Assembly: GCA_947585065.1 (NCBI GenBank) | Contig: CANPWX010000003.1 | Coordinates: 1-35,287 of the forward strand | Source: an uncultured Bacilli bacterium | GTDB lineage: Bacteria; Bacillota_I; Bacilli_A; RF39; UBA660 | DNA: 35,287 nt | Direction: 5' to 3' | Shown here: positions 18,701 to 26,838 of the stretch, one piece after another | Position numbering within the stretch: position 1 is the stretch's first letter | How the letters are laid out: the number at the start of each line of letters is the position of its first letter | The notes under the pieces: model-generated | Seen by the model: only the letters and a program-made list of their open reading frames with translations | The model's database searches: none | Told to the model about the DNA's origin: nothing | Made by a program: the position numbers and the translations under genes

Positions 18701-20255
18701 ATGTGGGTATGATTTACCAGATAAAAAATGCAAAATATGTAACACTCCTCTTCAAAAAGAAGGACATGATATACCTTTTCAAACATTCCTTGGTTTTAAT
18801 GCGGACAAAGTTCCCGATATTGACTTAAATTTTTCCGATTTAAATCAAGCAAGTGCTCATGAATATACCAAAGTTTTATTTGGTGTCGATAATGTCTACC
18901 GAGCAGGAACCATTGGAACAGTAGCGGAAAAAACTGCCTATGGTTATGTCAAAGGTTATTGTGAAGCGAAAAATATTATCATGCGTAGTATAGAGACAGA
19001 ACGTTTAGCAATTGGTTGTACAGGATGTAAAAGAACAACAGGACAACATCCTGGTGGAATTGTTGTTATTCCTGGATATAAAGAAGTATATGATTTTACA
19101 CCATTCCAATACCCAGCTGAAGATCCAACAAGTGCCTGGCGAACAACCCATTTTGATTACCATGCCATTGATCAATGTGTTTTAAAACTAGATATTCTAG
19201 GACATACCGATCCAACTCAACTACGAATGATTCAAGATTTAACAGGAGACGATATTACAAAAGTGCCTTTAGATGATAAAGAAACGATGAGTATTTTTAC
19301 GAGTACCAAAGCTCTTGGCGTAACACCAGAAGAAATTTTGTGTGAGACAGGAACGCTTGGAGTTCCCGAATTTGGAACACCTTTTACCATTCAATTAGTA
19401 AAAGATACCAAACCAAAAACATTTGCTGAATTAGTAAAAATTTCAGGACTATCTCATGGTACAGATGTTTGGCTTGGAAATGCCCAAGAACTTATCCAAA
19501 ACAACGTCGTACCATTCAGTAAAGTAATTGGATGTCGAGATGATATCATGGTAGAACTCATGTATGGAGGCCTAGAGCCTTATAAAGCTTTTAAAATAAT
19601 GGAATTTGTAAGAAAAGGGAAAGCAACAAAAGATCCAGCAACTTGGGAAGAATACAAAGAAATTATGGAAAAAGCGGGAATTCCAAAATGGTTTATTGAT
19701 TCTTGTTACAAAATTAAATATATGTTCCCAAAAGCCCATGCTGCAGCCTATGTAATGAGTGCCTATCGTGTCGCATGGTATAAAGTACACAAGCCTCTTG
19801 TTTACTATGCAACCTATTTTTCTACAAGACTAACCGATTTCGATATAGATTCCATGGTAAAAGGATATGATGCGATTCGTGCTAAAATAATGGAACTCCA
19901 ATCGAAAGGCTATGATATGACGAATAAAGAATCCAGTGTTTTAGAAACTTTGCGAATTGCCCTAGAAGCCTCTGCTCGAAAAATTAAATTTAAAAATATC
20001 GATATTGAAAAAAGTGATGGAACAAATTTTGAAATAGAAGCCGAAGAAAATGCTTTAATTCTTCCATTTCGATCACTGGATGGACTAGGAGATGCGGTAG
20101 CAACAAAAATTATAGAAGAAAGAAATAATAAACCATTCTATAGTATTGAAGACTTTCAAAATCGTGGTAAAGTAAATCAGACAACCGTTGAAAAAATGCG
20201 AACTATGGGCATATTCGGAACAATGCCAGAAACAAGTCAATTGAGTTTATTTTAA
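15723..20255 (+). CDS. polC: PolC-type DNA polymerase III
   Basis: PHP ELHAHT/TDH, exonuclease FDTETTG/HNAKFD/HRADYD, GSRGSVGSS, Zn finger CPNC..CKIC, PDIDLN, KLDILGH, C-terminal clamp motif QLSLF. Confidence 0.98.
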   Translation: MKEEVKRFLNSIFYEGEEKELDTLDIEKVILHKKEQNYEVIMHAENVLPYEIACKLKLAALNKIHGTEKCSITLKYDTISKESVLEYLQNILQIFKTKRPSLGSVFEGNYIVEDNKIIFEVGNKTEEEEMEIEGKNISQELKMFGLDSYTCETKMNEEKRKSIQEEIEASKKETKVTISEPKLEGNIITGKEITGEVTSINNIMGDAKNVIFEAYVFGIETLERDNINIITLKISDKTNSILAKIFKKDKKEYQTVVNEIKENAWYKFQGNVEYDNFAKDLVLAIRNMEKIDSKDGVEIDDAEVKRVELHAHTMMSAMDSVVPYEEKDPRNIVKYAIKMGHKAVAVTDHNCVQAYPELFHTVNAFNKGKEKSDHFKVLYGAEMNVVNDDIDIIFNCKEYNLLEDTFVVFDTETTGFYAGSDQMIEIGAVKIRNGVILDRFDELIDPHRPIPKKITELTFITDEMVAGKDTEENVTKRFLEWAGENPMVAHNAKFDISFISSACNKYGFPEFHSTVLDTMSIARMLHPEWPNHKLQTLTKRLDIPWDEEKHHRADYDAEGTALAFHKMAKVLNDRNIGTTTQLIEDIDRDSLIRFAYPFHATILVQNKIGLKNLFKIISIANTKYLYKNEQPKIPRKDLIALREGLLIGSGCINGEIFDKASAKEDEELVNMMSFYDYIEIQPLSAFTHLIGTDGKFPSVIEAEEYIKRIVRVAKEAGKPVVATGDVHNLAKEDKIYREIIVNQKFNGKLHPLNRKGLEIPNMYFKTTKEMLEDFAFLGEELAYEIVVENTNKIADSIEEVEVIPDTHGIPFAPVIENSQMTVTNMVYDKAREWYGDPLPYHIEERIALELYGAPFIDAVKQNAESQDDSVIYQRLHDVVRKGPEAVQQEIATSLKKEHPEEEPEKLLEEAKGKMTAIIGANFDVIYLIAQKLVKHSNDEGFLVGSRGSVGSSFVANLMGITEVNSLAPHYRCPNCKNSEFEDETGEPLGNTYKCGYDLPDKKCKICNTPLQKEGHDIPFQTFLGFNADKVPDIDLNFSDLNQASAHEYTKVLFGVDNVYRAGTIGTVAEKTAYGYVKGYCEAKNIIMRSIETERLAIGCTGCKRTTGQHPGGIVVIPGYKEVYDFTPFQYPAEDPTSAWRTTHFDYHAIDQCVLKLDILGHTDPTQLRMIQDLTGDDITKVPLDDKETMSIFTSTKALGVTPEEILCETGTLGVPEFGTPFTIQLVKDTKPKTFAELVKISGLSHGTDVWLGNAQELIQNNVVPFSKVIGCRDDIMVELMYGGLEPYKAFKIMEFVRKGKATKDPATWEEYKEIMEKAGIPKWFIDSCYKIKYMFPKAHAAAYVMSAYRVAWYKVHKPLVYYATYFSTRLTDFDIDSMVKGYDAIRAKIMELQSKGYDMTNKESSVLETLRIALEASARKIKFKNIDIEKSDGTNFEIEAEENALILPFRSLDGLGDAVATKIIEERNNKPFYSIEDFQNRGKVNQTTVEKMRTMGIFGTMPETSQLSLF

Positions 20256-20284
20256 TATTTAGAAAAGAAAAGGAAAAATTTTTC

Positions 20285-20313
20285 TTGAACTTCAAATTTA
20301 ACTATGCTAAAAT
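20285..20313 (+). promoter_or_regulatory. sigmaA promoter of rpmG-efp
   Basis: TTGAAC-17nt-TAAAAT with TG extension. Confidence 0.7.
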
Positions 20314-20344
20314 ACATATAGTTTTGATGTGAGGAGGTTTACCT

Positions 20345-20518
20345 ATGGCAAAAAATGAAAACAGACAATTTCTTGGTTTAAAATGTTCTCGTTGTGGGAA
20401 ACAAATTCGCCCTACAATAAAGAATAAAAAAAATACGCCTGACAAGTTAGAAATAAATAAATATTGTCCAAGTTGTCATCAAGTGACACTATTTAAAGAA
20501 ACAAAACTAGGCAAATAG
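20345..20518 (+). CDS. rpmG: 50S ribosomal protein L33 (57 aa; not in ORF track)
   Basis: MAKNENRQFLGLKCSRCGKQIRPTIKNKKNTPDKLEINKYCPSCHQVTLFKETKLGK; KNKKNTP..LE..KYCP motif; AGGAGG RBS. Confidence 0.95.
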   Translation: MAKNENRQFLGLKCSRCGKQIRPTIKNKKNTPDKLEINKYCPSCHQVTLFKETKLGK

Positions 20519-20535
20519 AAAAGGGGGAATAAAAC

Positions 20536-21096
20536 ATGAACATTAACATTAATGATATAAAAAATGGTATGACAATTATTATTGATGGAAACCTTTGTCA
20601 AATTATTGAATTCCAACACGTAAAACCTGGTAAGGGAAGTGCCTTTGTTCGAATGAAATTAAAAAATTTAAGAACAGGTGCTGTTGTAGAAAATTCATAT
20701 AATACAAATATTAAAATTGAAAGAGCTAGAATTGAAAGAATGCCAATGCAATTTTTATACAATGATGGATCTTCTTATGTATTTATGAATACAGAAACTT
20801 ATGATCAAGTAAGTGTCCCTGTGGAAAAAATTGAAGAAGAAAAGAAATTTATTAAAGAAGGATTAGAAATTCAACTTGATTATTATGAAGGAGAACTTCT
20901 TGGAGTAACTCTTCCAGAAAAGATTGAATTTGAAGTGGTTGAAACAGAACCTGCAGTCAAAGGAAATACCACAAATAATGCAATGAAAGATGCCAAAATT
21001 GAAACTGGTTATACCGTAAAAGTACCATTATTTATCAATCAAGGTGAAAAAATTATTATTTCAACAAGTGATGGAAAATATTCATCAAGAGCTTAA
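20536..21096 (+). CDS. efp: Elongation factor P
   Basis: HVKPGKGSAFVR, TEPAVKGNT, ETG..VKVPLFI..G. Confidence 0.98.
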   Translation: MNININDIKNGMTIIIDGNLCQIIEFQHVKPGKGSAFVRMKLKNLRTGAVVENSYNTNIKIERARIERMPMQFLYNDGSSYVFMNTETYDQVSVPVEKIEEEKKFIKEGLEIQLDYYEGELLGVTLPEKIEFEVVETEPAVKGNTTNNAMKDAKIETGYTVKVPLFINQGEKIIISTSDGKYSSRA

Positions 21097-21121
21097 GAAA
21101 CATCAAAAGTTTCTTTTTTTT
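21095..21121 (+). terminator. Intrinsic terminator after efp
   Basis: AAGAAAC-atcaaaa-GTTTCTT followed by a T run. Confidence 0.7.
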
Positions 21122-21132
21122 GTGTTTAATGG

Positions 21133-21161
21133 TGGACTTTAAACCTCTTTTTTGTTAAACT
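21133..21161 (+). promoter_or_regulatory. Putative sigmaA promoter of the GT-C/hydrogenase/pilin unit
   Basis: TGGACT-17nt-TAAACT with TG extension, 16 nt before the ATG. Confidence 0.6.
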
Positions 21162-21177
21162 TAAACTAGGTGGTAGT

Positions 21178-22812
21178 ATGAAAAAAATAAAAGAACATAA
21201 ATATCCTTTAGTAGCTATATTTCTTGTGAGTGTGATTCTTATGCTTCCTATGTTTTTAAGAAGTTATACGCATAATGATGATACATGGTTTCATTTAATT
21301 AATATTGGATTAATAGAAAAAGCAATTGAAAATAATTTTTTTAGTGGATTTACAACGAAAATATTGCCTGTGCTTGCCAATTCCTTTGGTTATGGAACAA
21401 GACTTTTTTATCCACCTCTTGCTCATACATTAGGAGCCTATTTAACTTATTTTTTAAGTTTTTTCCAGATTGGAATTCTAGGATCGATGAAAGTACTTCA
21501 TTTCTTAGAACTTTTAGCATCCGGACTTACGATGTACTTATGTGCTTATTCTTTTCATAAGAAAAAATATCAAAGTTTTCTTGCTAGTGTTATTTATATG
21601 GCTGCGTGTTATCATTTAAGTGATATGTATATTCGGGATGCCCTGGGAGAAAGTTTTATTTTTGTCTTTTTGCCTTTGATAGTATTAGGAATAAAAAATC
21701 TTTTTGATGGAAATACCAAAAAATTTTATCTGTACTTTATTATCGGGTATGTAGGGGGTATCTTATCTCATTTTACTTTAATGATTTATGTTACTTTAAT
21801 TTTAGCAGTTGCCTTTCTTTTTGAATCAAAAAAAGTTTTCAAAAAAGAATTTTTAAAACCATTTATTCTTGCAACCCTTGTGATCCTTGGCTTATGTGCT
21901 TTTTATTTTGAACCAATGATGGAACATCGTTTCTTTGGAAATTACATGGTTTATAAAAAATGGGTAATGTCTTGGGGAATTTGGCATACTACATTCTGGG
22001 GAACGGAATATTTCTGGCATGATCCCGCTTCTTCTATATCTTTTCGCTTCTCAGTGATTGTTCTCATTTTATTAGGAATTGCCATAATCAAAAATTATAA
22101 AACGTTATGGAGTGATAAGTGGCGCGTAGTAACTGTTTTTGGTATATTAAGTCTATGGATGACTACTCGTTATTTCTTCCTATGGCTTTATTTTCCTTAT
22201 ATGTTATTTATGATCCAATTTGGCTGGCGATTAGTTATTTTTGTAGTTTTTGCAGTTTCTTTAATCGCACCTCTTGCCATTACATCGAAAACGAAAAAAA
22301 GTATTTGTATCAGTATGATTCCCCTTATTATTTTATCCGGTATGTTATTTCTTCCAAAAGACCGAGGTATTTTAAATTTAGAAGAAGTGGATCTATCAGC
22401 TGCAGTCGGCTGGCAAAAAGAATATTTTCCAGTGCAAATGGTAGATACGGAAGAAAATTTAGAATATTATCAAAATCGTTCTCAAGATATTATTATCACA
22501 AGTGGAAATGGCACGATTGCTCTTTTGCCAAGTGAATTTCCAAATTTACAATTTTCTCTTCGCACTGATTCAACCGCGACTTTAGAATTTCCAAGAATCT
22601 ATTATTTAGGATATCAATTAAAAAATGAGAAAAAAGAACGATTTTCTTTAAAAGAAAGTGAACATGGATTTTTAGAAAGTGAATTACCAGAAGGAACGTA
22701 TACATTAGAATATAAAGGAACAATTGGCTATAAAATATCAGTACTTATCTCTTTTTCAACACTCTTAACAACGATTGCCATTGCAATCATTCAAAAAAGG
22801 AAAAGAGCGTGA
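21178..22812 (+). CDS. Polytopic membrane protein, '6-pyruvoyl-tetrahydropterin synthase-related'/YfhO-like GT-C glycosyltransferase
   Basis: D..FH, FGYG..LFYPPL, Y.R.ALGE, QF.WR, EY.P, P.IYYLGY motifs; about 12 hydrophobic segments. Confidence 0.75.
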   Translation: MKKIKEHKYPLVAIFLVSVILMLPMFLRSYTHNDDTWFHLINIGLIEKAIENNFFSGFTTKILPVLANSFGYGTRLFYPPLAHTLGAYLTYFLSFFQIGILGSMKVLHFLELLASGLTMYLCAYSFHKKKYQSFLASVIYMAACYHLSDMYIRDALGESFIFVFLPLIVLGIKNLFDGNTKKFYLYFIIGYVGGILSHFTLMIYVTLILAVAFLFESKKVFKKEFLKPFILATLVILGLCAFYFEPMMEHRFFGNYMVYKKWVMSWGIWHTTFWGTEYFWHDPASSISFRFSVIVLILLGIAIIKNYKTLWSDKWRVVTVFGILSLWMTTRYFFLWLYFPYMLFMIQFGWRLVIFVVFAVSLIAPLAITSKTKKSICISMIPLIILSGMLFLPKDRGILNLEEVDLSAAVGWQKEYFPVQMVDTEENLEYYQNRSQDIIITSGNGTIALLPSEFPNLQFSLRTDSTATLEFPRIYYLGYQLKNEKKERFSLKESEHGFLESELPEGTYTLEYKGTIGYKISVLISFSTLLTTIAIAIIQKRKRA

Positions 22813-22816
22813 TAAA

Positions 22817-24109
22817 ATGGAACCAAAGGAAAATATTTTTCCCAATGCCGTTTGGATTGATGAAAAAAATTTAGGAATTGAAAAAGATAATTCCAAATGT
22901 ATTAACTGTGGAACCTGTAAATTAACTTGTCAAAAAGTAACAGGCAAAACATTTTATGATCCGAAAGATTGTCTTTCTTGTGGAAATTGTATATTAACAT
23001 GCCCAATGAATGCCTTAAAACCCAAAAATGAGTTAAGTCAAGTAAGACGTGCTTTAAAAGAAAACAAGCTTTTAATAGCCTATATTTCTCCAGCAGTCCG
23101 TGTTTCCATTGGAGAATGTTTTGGTTTAACACCAGGAGAATTTTGTGCTCAAAAACTAATCGCATCTTTATATAAATTAGGGTTTTCCTATGTATTTGAT
23201 ACCACATTTGGAGCAGATTTAACCATTATGGAAGAATGCTATGAATTAAAAAATCGAATAGTAAAAGGAGGAACACTTCCCATGATTACTTCCTGCTGTC
23301 CTTCTTGGGTAAAATATGCAAAATTATATTATCCAGAATTAGAAGAAAATCTATCCACTTGTAAAAGTCCAATTGGAATGCAAGGGGCAATGATAAAAAG
23401 CTATTTTGCTGAAAAAATAGGAGTGAAAAAAGACGAGCTTTTTACGGTAGCAATAACTCCTTGTACAGCAAAAAAAATGGAAACAAAAGAAGAACAATTC
23501 CAAAATACGGACGCGGTTTTAACTGTAACGGAATTAGCTTCTTGGATGAAAGAAGAAAAATTAGATTTAAAAAAGATGGAAGAAAAAGACTTTTCCAGTG
23601 AATTTGGCGAAGGAAGTGGGGGAGGAACTCTCTTTGGCTCTACCGGTGGTGTGATGACTTCAGCATTACGAACTCTCTATTACATGATGACAAATGAAAA
23701 AATAGATGAATCATTATTAGAAAGTTTAAGAGAAACAAAAAGAGTGAAAGAATTAGAACTAACAATCGGACAAAGAACGATAAAAGTCGCGGTTGTCCAT
23801 GGCCTTACATATGCCAAACCATTATTAGAAGAAATAAAAGAGAAAAAAAGCAAATATGATTTTATTGAAATAATGAACTGTGAATTAGGTTGTGTAGGAG
23901 GTGGTGGACAGCCAAAACTCTACGAGAAAGAATATTTAAAAGCATCCCGTCAAAAAGGCCTGCAAAACAGAGATAGAAACCAAGAGATCCACGCCCCATA
24001 TGAAAATGAAAACATAAAGAAAATCTATCAAGAATTTTTAATATCTCCAGGAGGATATATTTCTTTAAAATACTTGCATACAAAGAAAAAGGAAGAAGAA
24101 AAAAACTAG
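22817..24109 (+). CDS. hydA: Monomeric group A [FeFe]-hydrogenase with 2x[4Fe-4S] ferredoxin domain
   Basis: CINCGTCKLTC and CLSCGNCILTCP; H-cluster L1 TSCCPSW, L2 TPCTAKKME, L3 EIMNCELGCVGGGGQP; FGADLTIMEE; C-terminal LHT. ATG 22817 is the likelier start. Confidence 0.93.
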   Translation: MEPKENIFPNAVWIDEKNLGIEKDNSKCINCGTCKLTCQKVTGKTFYDPKDCLSCGNCILTCPMNALKPKNELSQVRRALKENKLLIAYISPAVRVSIGECFGLTPGEFCAQKLIASLYKLGFSYVFDTTFGADLTIMEECYELKNRIVKGGTLPMITSCCPSWVKYAKLYYPELEENLSTCKSPIGMQGAMIKSYFAEKIGVKKDELFTVAITPCTAKKMETKEEQFQNTDAVLTVTELASWMKEEKLDLKKMEEKDFSSEFGEGSGGGTLFGSTGGVMTSALRTLYYMMTNEKIDESLLESLRETKRVKELELTIGQRTIKVAVVHGLTYAKPLLEEIKEKKSKYDFIEIMNCELGCVGGGGQPKLYEKEYLKASRQKGLQNRDRNQEIHAPYENENIKKIYQEFLISPGGYISLKYLHTKKKEEEKN

Positions 24110-24127
24110 GAAAGTAAGGAATAACAT

Positions 24128-24775
24128 ATGAAGAAGAATAAAAAAGGATTTGTCTTTGTAGAAACAATCATGGTAACAACAGTATTACTCGCGACATTAA
24201 TGACAGTATATGGCTTATTTATTACCACGACGAATACGGAATCGCGATACACACGATATGATGATCCAGCAAAATTATATGAATCCTATTATCTTACCAA
24301 ATATTTTCAAGGCTTTAATTTTGAAAAATTAATAGAAAATATCGATGAAAATTGCAATACCCTTACAACAAAAGAAGCATGTGGAGCAAATCGAACCTGT
24401 GAATGGAAAAATAATACTTGTACAAAACAATTTGGCTATGAATTAATTTGGCAAGGAAGAGACGATATATTAGACTATACAAAAGAAGCCATGTTTGTAG
24501 ATGATTTATGGAATAAATTGAATATAAAAAATATTTATGTAATTCCCTCAAAAGTAAGTGAAGTGACAAACAATTGCTCCCAATCATTATATTCAGAAAT
24601 TTGTGCTAATCCAACTTTAGTAACCTATTTAAAAAGTTTAGACGATGGAACTCCAAATACATACTATGTAGTTTATGAATATACAGCAACCAGAAGTGGT
24701 ACAGCATGTGATAATGGCATGAGTATTGGTGCTTCTTGCTTAGTCTATTATTCTTATATTAAAGTGGGTGACTAA
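24128..24775 (+). CDS. Type IV prepilin-like protein (8 Cys)
   Basis: MKKNKKG/FVFVETIMV class III signal: G(-1), F1, E5, then a hydrophobic helix. Confidence 0.8.
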   Translation: MKKNKKGFVFVETIMVTTVLLATLMTVYGLFITTTNTESRYTRYDDPAKLYESYYLTKYFQGFNFEKLIENIDENCNTLTTKEACGANRTCEWKNNTCTKQFGYELIWQGRDDILDYTKEAMFVDDLWNKLNIKNIYVIPSKVSEVTNNCSQSLYSEICANPTLVTYLKSLDDGTPNTYYVVYEYTATRSGTACDNGMSIGASCLVYYSYIKVGD

Positions 24776-24776
24776 T

Positions 24777-25295
24777 ATGAATAAAAAAGGAATAACATTA
24801 ATAGAAGTCATTATAAGTGTTGCATTAATCTCGCTTGTTATGGTATTTTTGTTTAATCTGTTAATGGATATGGAATATGAAGAAGATCATGCTTCCTATG
24901 CCAAAGAAAATCAATTAAATAGAGCCATGATTATCAAACGAGTACAAGAAGATTTTCAAAATTTTGAGTTAAAAAAGGTAGATTTATCGCTAGACAAAAA
25001 GACAATCACATTAACTTTTGGCAATAATCAAACAAAAAACATTTATGTCGATCGAAAAAGCATTAATTATAATAATAATGAAAAATGGAATATAGAAGGA
25101 AACGATGATACCTATATCGATATTTCCAAAATTAGTGTATCTTCCTATTTGCCGGATTCAAGATGCGCTAGTCTAAATACTCTAGGAATGAATTGTTCAG
25201 CCTATTATTCTTATCGAATCATCTTACCAGTTGTAACAGGAAACACAGAAAATACCATTGATGATATTGAATTTTTCTATATTGGTAGGGCGTAA
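24777..25295 (+). CDS. Type IV prepilin-like protein
   Basis: MNKKG/ITLIEVIISVAL class III signal; C-terminal Cys pair; ATG 24777 one base after the previous stop. Confidence 0.85.
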   Translation: MNKKGITLIEVIISVALISLVMVFLFNLLMDMEYEEDHASYAKENQLNRAMIIKRVQEDFQNFELKKVDLSLDKKTITLTFGNNQTKNIYVDRKSINYNNNEKWNIEGNDDTYIDISKISVSSYLPDSRCASLNTLGMNCSAYYSYRIILPVVTGNTENTIDDIEFFYIGRA

Positions 25296-25325
25296 AAAAG
25301 CAAGAAAAGGAATTCTTACTTTTTT
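25294..25325. terminator. Imperfect terminator-like hairpin after the pilin pair
   Basis: AAAAAAGcAAGAA-aaggaa-TTCTTaCTTTTTT, one mismatch. Confidence 0.5.
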
Positions 25326-25374
25326 CTTTTATTTAGCCTCTATCTATGATAAAATAAAAACGGTGGTGAATAGT

Positions 25375-25929
25375 ATGTATAACTATATAAACGGAAGAAT
25401 TGTGGAACAAAATAGTAATTACATAGTATTAGATTGTTCAGGGATTGGGTATCAAATTCATGTTTCCAATCCATTTGAATTTGAACTAGATCATGAAGAA
25501 AAAGTATATGTTTATCAGCATATCACAGAAGATGCCGAAACTCTTTATGGATTTAAAACAATAGATCAAAAAAATTTATTTTTAAAATTAATAGGAGTAA
25601 AAGGAGTTGGTCCAAAATTAGTTCTACCAATGCTCGCGACAGGAAGTGTCTCTGGAATCATAGATGCAATAGATCGTGAAAATATTTTATATTTAAAAAA
25701 ATTTCCCAAAATAGGAGATAAAGTAGCAAAACAAATGATATTAGATTTAAAAGGAAAACTTGCAGTATCAATAGATAGTAGTCCATCAGGTGGTTTTGAA
25801 GAATTAGTAAGTGTATTAGAAGGACTAGGCTATAAAACAGTAGATATTAAAAAGATATTGCCTAATATGGATGCAAATAAACCAATTGAAACTCAAGTAA
25901 AGGAAGCGTTAAAATTATTATTGAAATAG
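25375..25929 (+). CDS. ruvA: Holliday junction branch migration protein RuvA
   Basis: MYNYINGRI, GIGYQI, LYGF, LIGVKGVGPK, PKIGDKVA, LEGLGY; ATG 25375 after GGTGGTGA RBS, with upstream TGaTAAAAT. Confidence 0.96.
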   Translation: MYNYINGRIVEQNSNYIVLDCSGIGYQIHVSNPFEFELDHEEKVYVYQHITEDAETLYGFKTIDQKNLFLKLIGVKGVGPKLVLPMLATGSVSGIIDAIDRENILYLKKFPKIGDKVAKQMILDLKGKLAVSIDSSPSGGFEELVSVLEGLGYKTVDIKKILPNMDANKPIETQVKEALKLLLK

Positions 25930-25938
25930 GGTGGTTAC

Positions 25939-26825
25939 ATGGAAGAAAATATTATGGAAGCAAATGCTTTAGAAAGTGATACTTTTGAAACAAATATTCG
26001 GCCCCAAAGGTTAGAAGAATATGTCGGTCAAGAGGAAATAACAAGCAATTTAAAAGTTTTTATTGAAGCAAGCAAAATCAGAAACGAATCATTGGATCAT
26101 GTATTACTCTATGGCCCACCTGGTCTTGGAAAAACAACACTTGCCCATATTATTGCAAACGAATTAGGAGTAAATATCAAAACAGCAAGTGGTCCATCTT
26201 TAGAAAAAAGTGGTGACTTAGCGGCCGTTTTGTCGACATTAGAACCAGGAGACGTTTTGTTTATTGATGAAATTCATCGTATGCCAAAATTTATTGAAGA
26301 AATTTTATATCCTGCCATGGAAGACTTTGAATTAGATTTAGTATTAAATAGTGATGGAAAAAGCAGAAGCATTAAAATAGATTTGCCACCATTCACTCTC
26401 GTAGGCGCGACTACCAGAGCAGGAGATATTTCTAGTCCATTAAGAGATCGCTTTGGAATTGTATCAAAGCTTCAATATTACAGTGAAGAAGAACTTTTAA
26501 AAATTGTCAAAAGAACAAGTAAAGTATTAGAAATGCCAATCGATGAAGAAGCAGCCCGACTAATAGCTAAACGATGCCGTAAAACACCAAGAATAGCCAA
26601 TCGTTTATTTAAAAGAGTAAGAGATTTTGCTTTAGTAGGAGGATACTCCATAATTACCCTAGAACGATTGCAACAAGTATTGGTGAAGAAGTATCTACAA
26701 TAGAAGATGTGGTGGAACCTTTCCTTTTGCAAGAAGGATTTATAAAAAGAACTCCTCGCGGAAGAATTGCGGAAGAAAAAGCCTACGAGCATTTAAAAAT
26801 TGCTCATATGGGAACATTATTTTAG
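25939..26825 (+). pseudogene. ruvB: RuvB helicase with an internal ~38-codon deletion and frameshift at ~26664
   Basis: [26 protein letters not shown] in frame up to ITLE. The -1 frame from 26664 reads [53 protein letters not shown]. The usual intervening AL..L.VD..GLD..D......F.GGPVG segment is absent. Confidence 0.9.
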
Positions 26826-26838
26826 AAAGAAGAGTAAA

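Noticed and set aside
8984-19790. Numerous 60-140 aa antisense or alternate-frame ORFs within prpC, prkC, rsgA, dnaE and polC (and similar ones elsewhere)
   Set aside because: Shadow ORFs of well-supported genes, with no recognisable motifs.
21178-22812. Link between the 'PTPS-related' protein and queuosine synthesis (QueD) given nearby queA/tgt
   Set aside because: The family name is misleading. The protein is a polytopic GT-C-like membrane protein with no T-fold QueD motifs.
26655-26670. Programmed -1 frameshift in ruvB
   Set aside because: There is no slippery heptamer, and shifting would not restore the ~38 missing codons.
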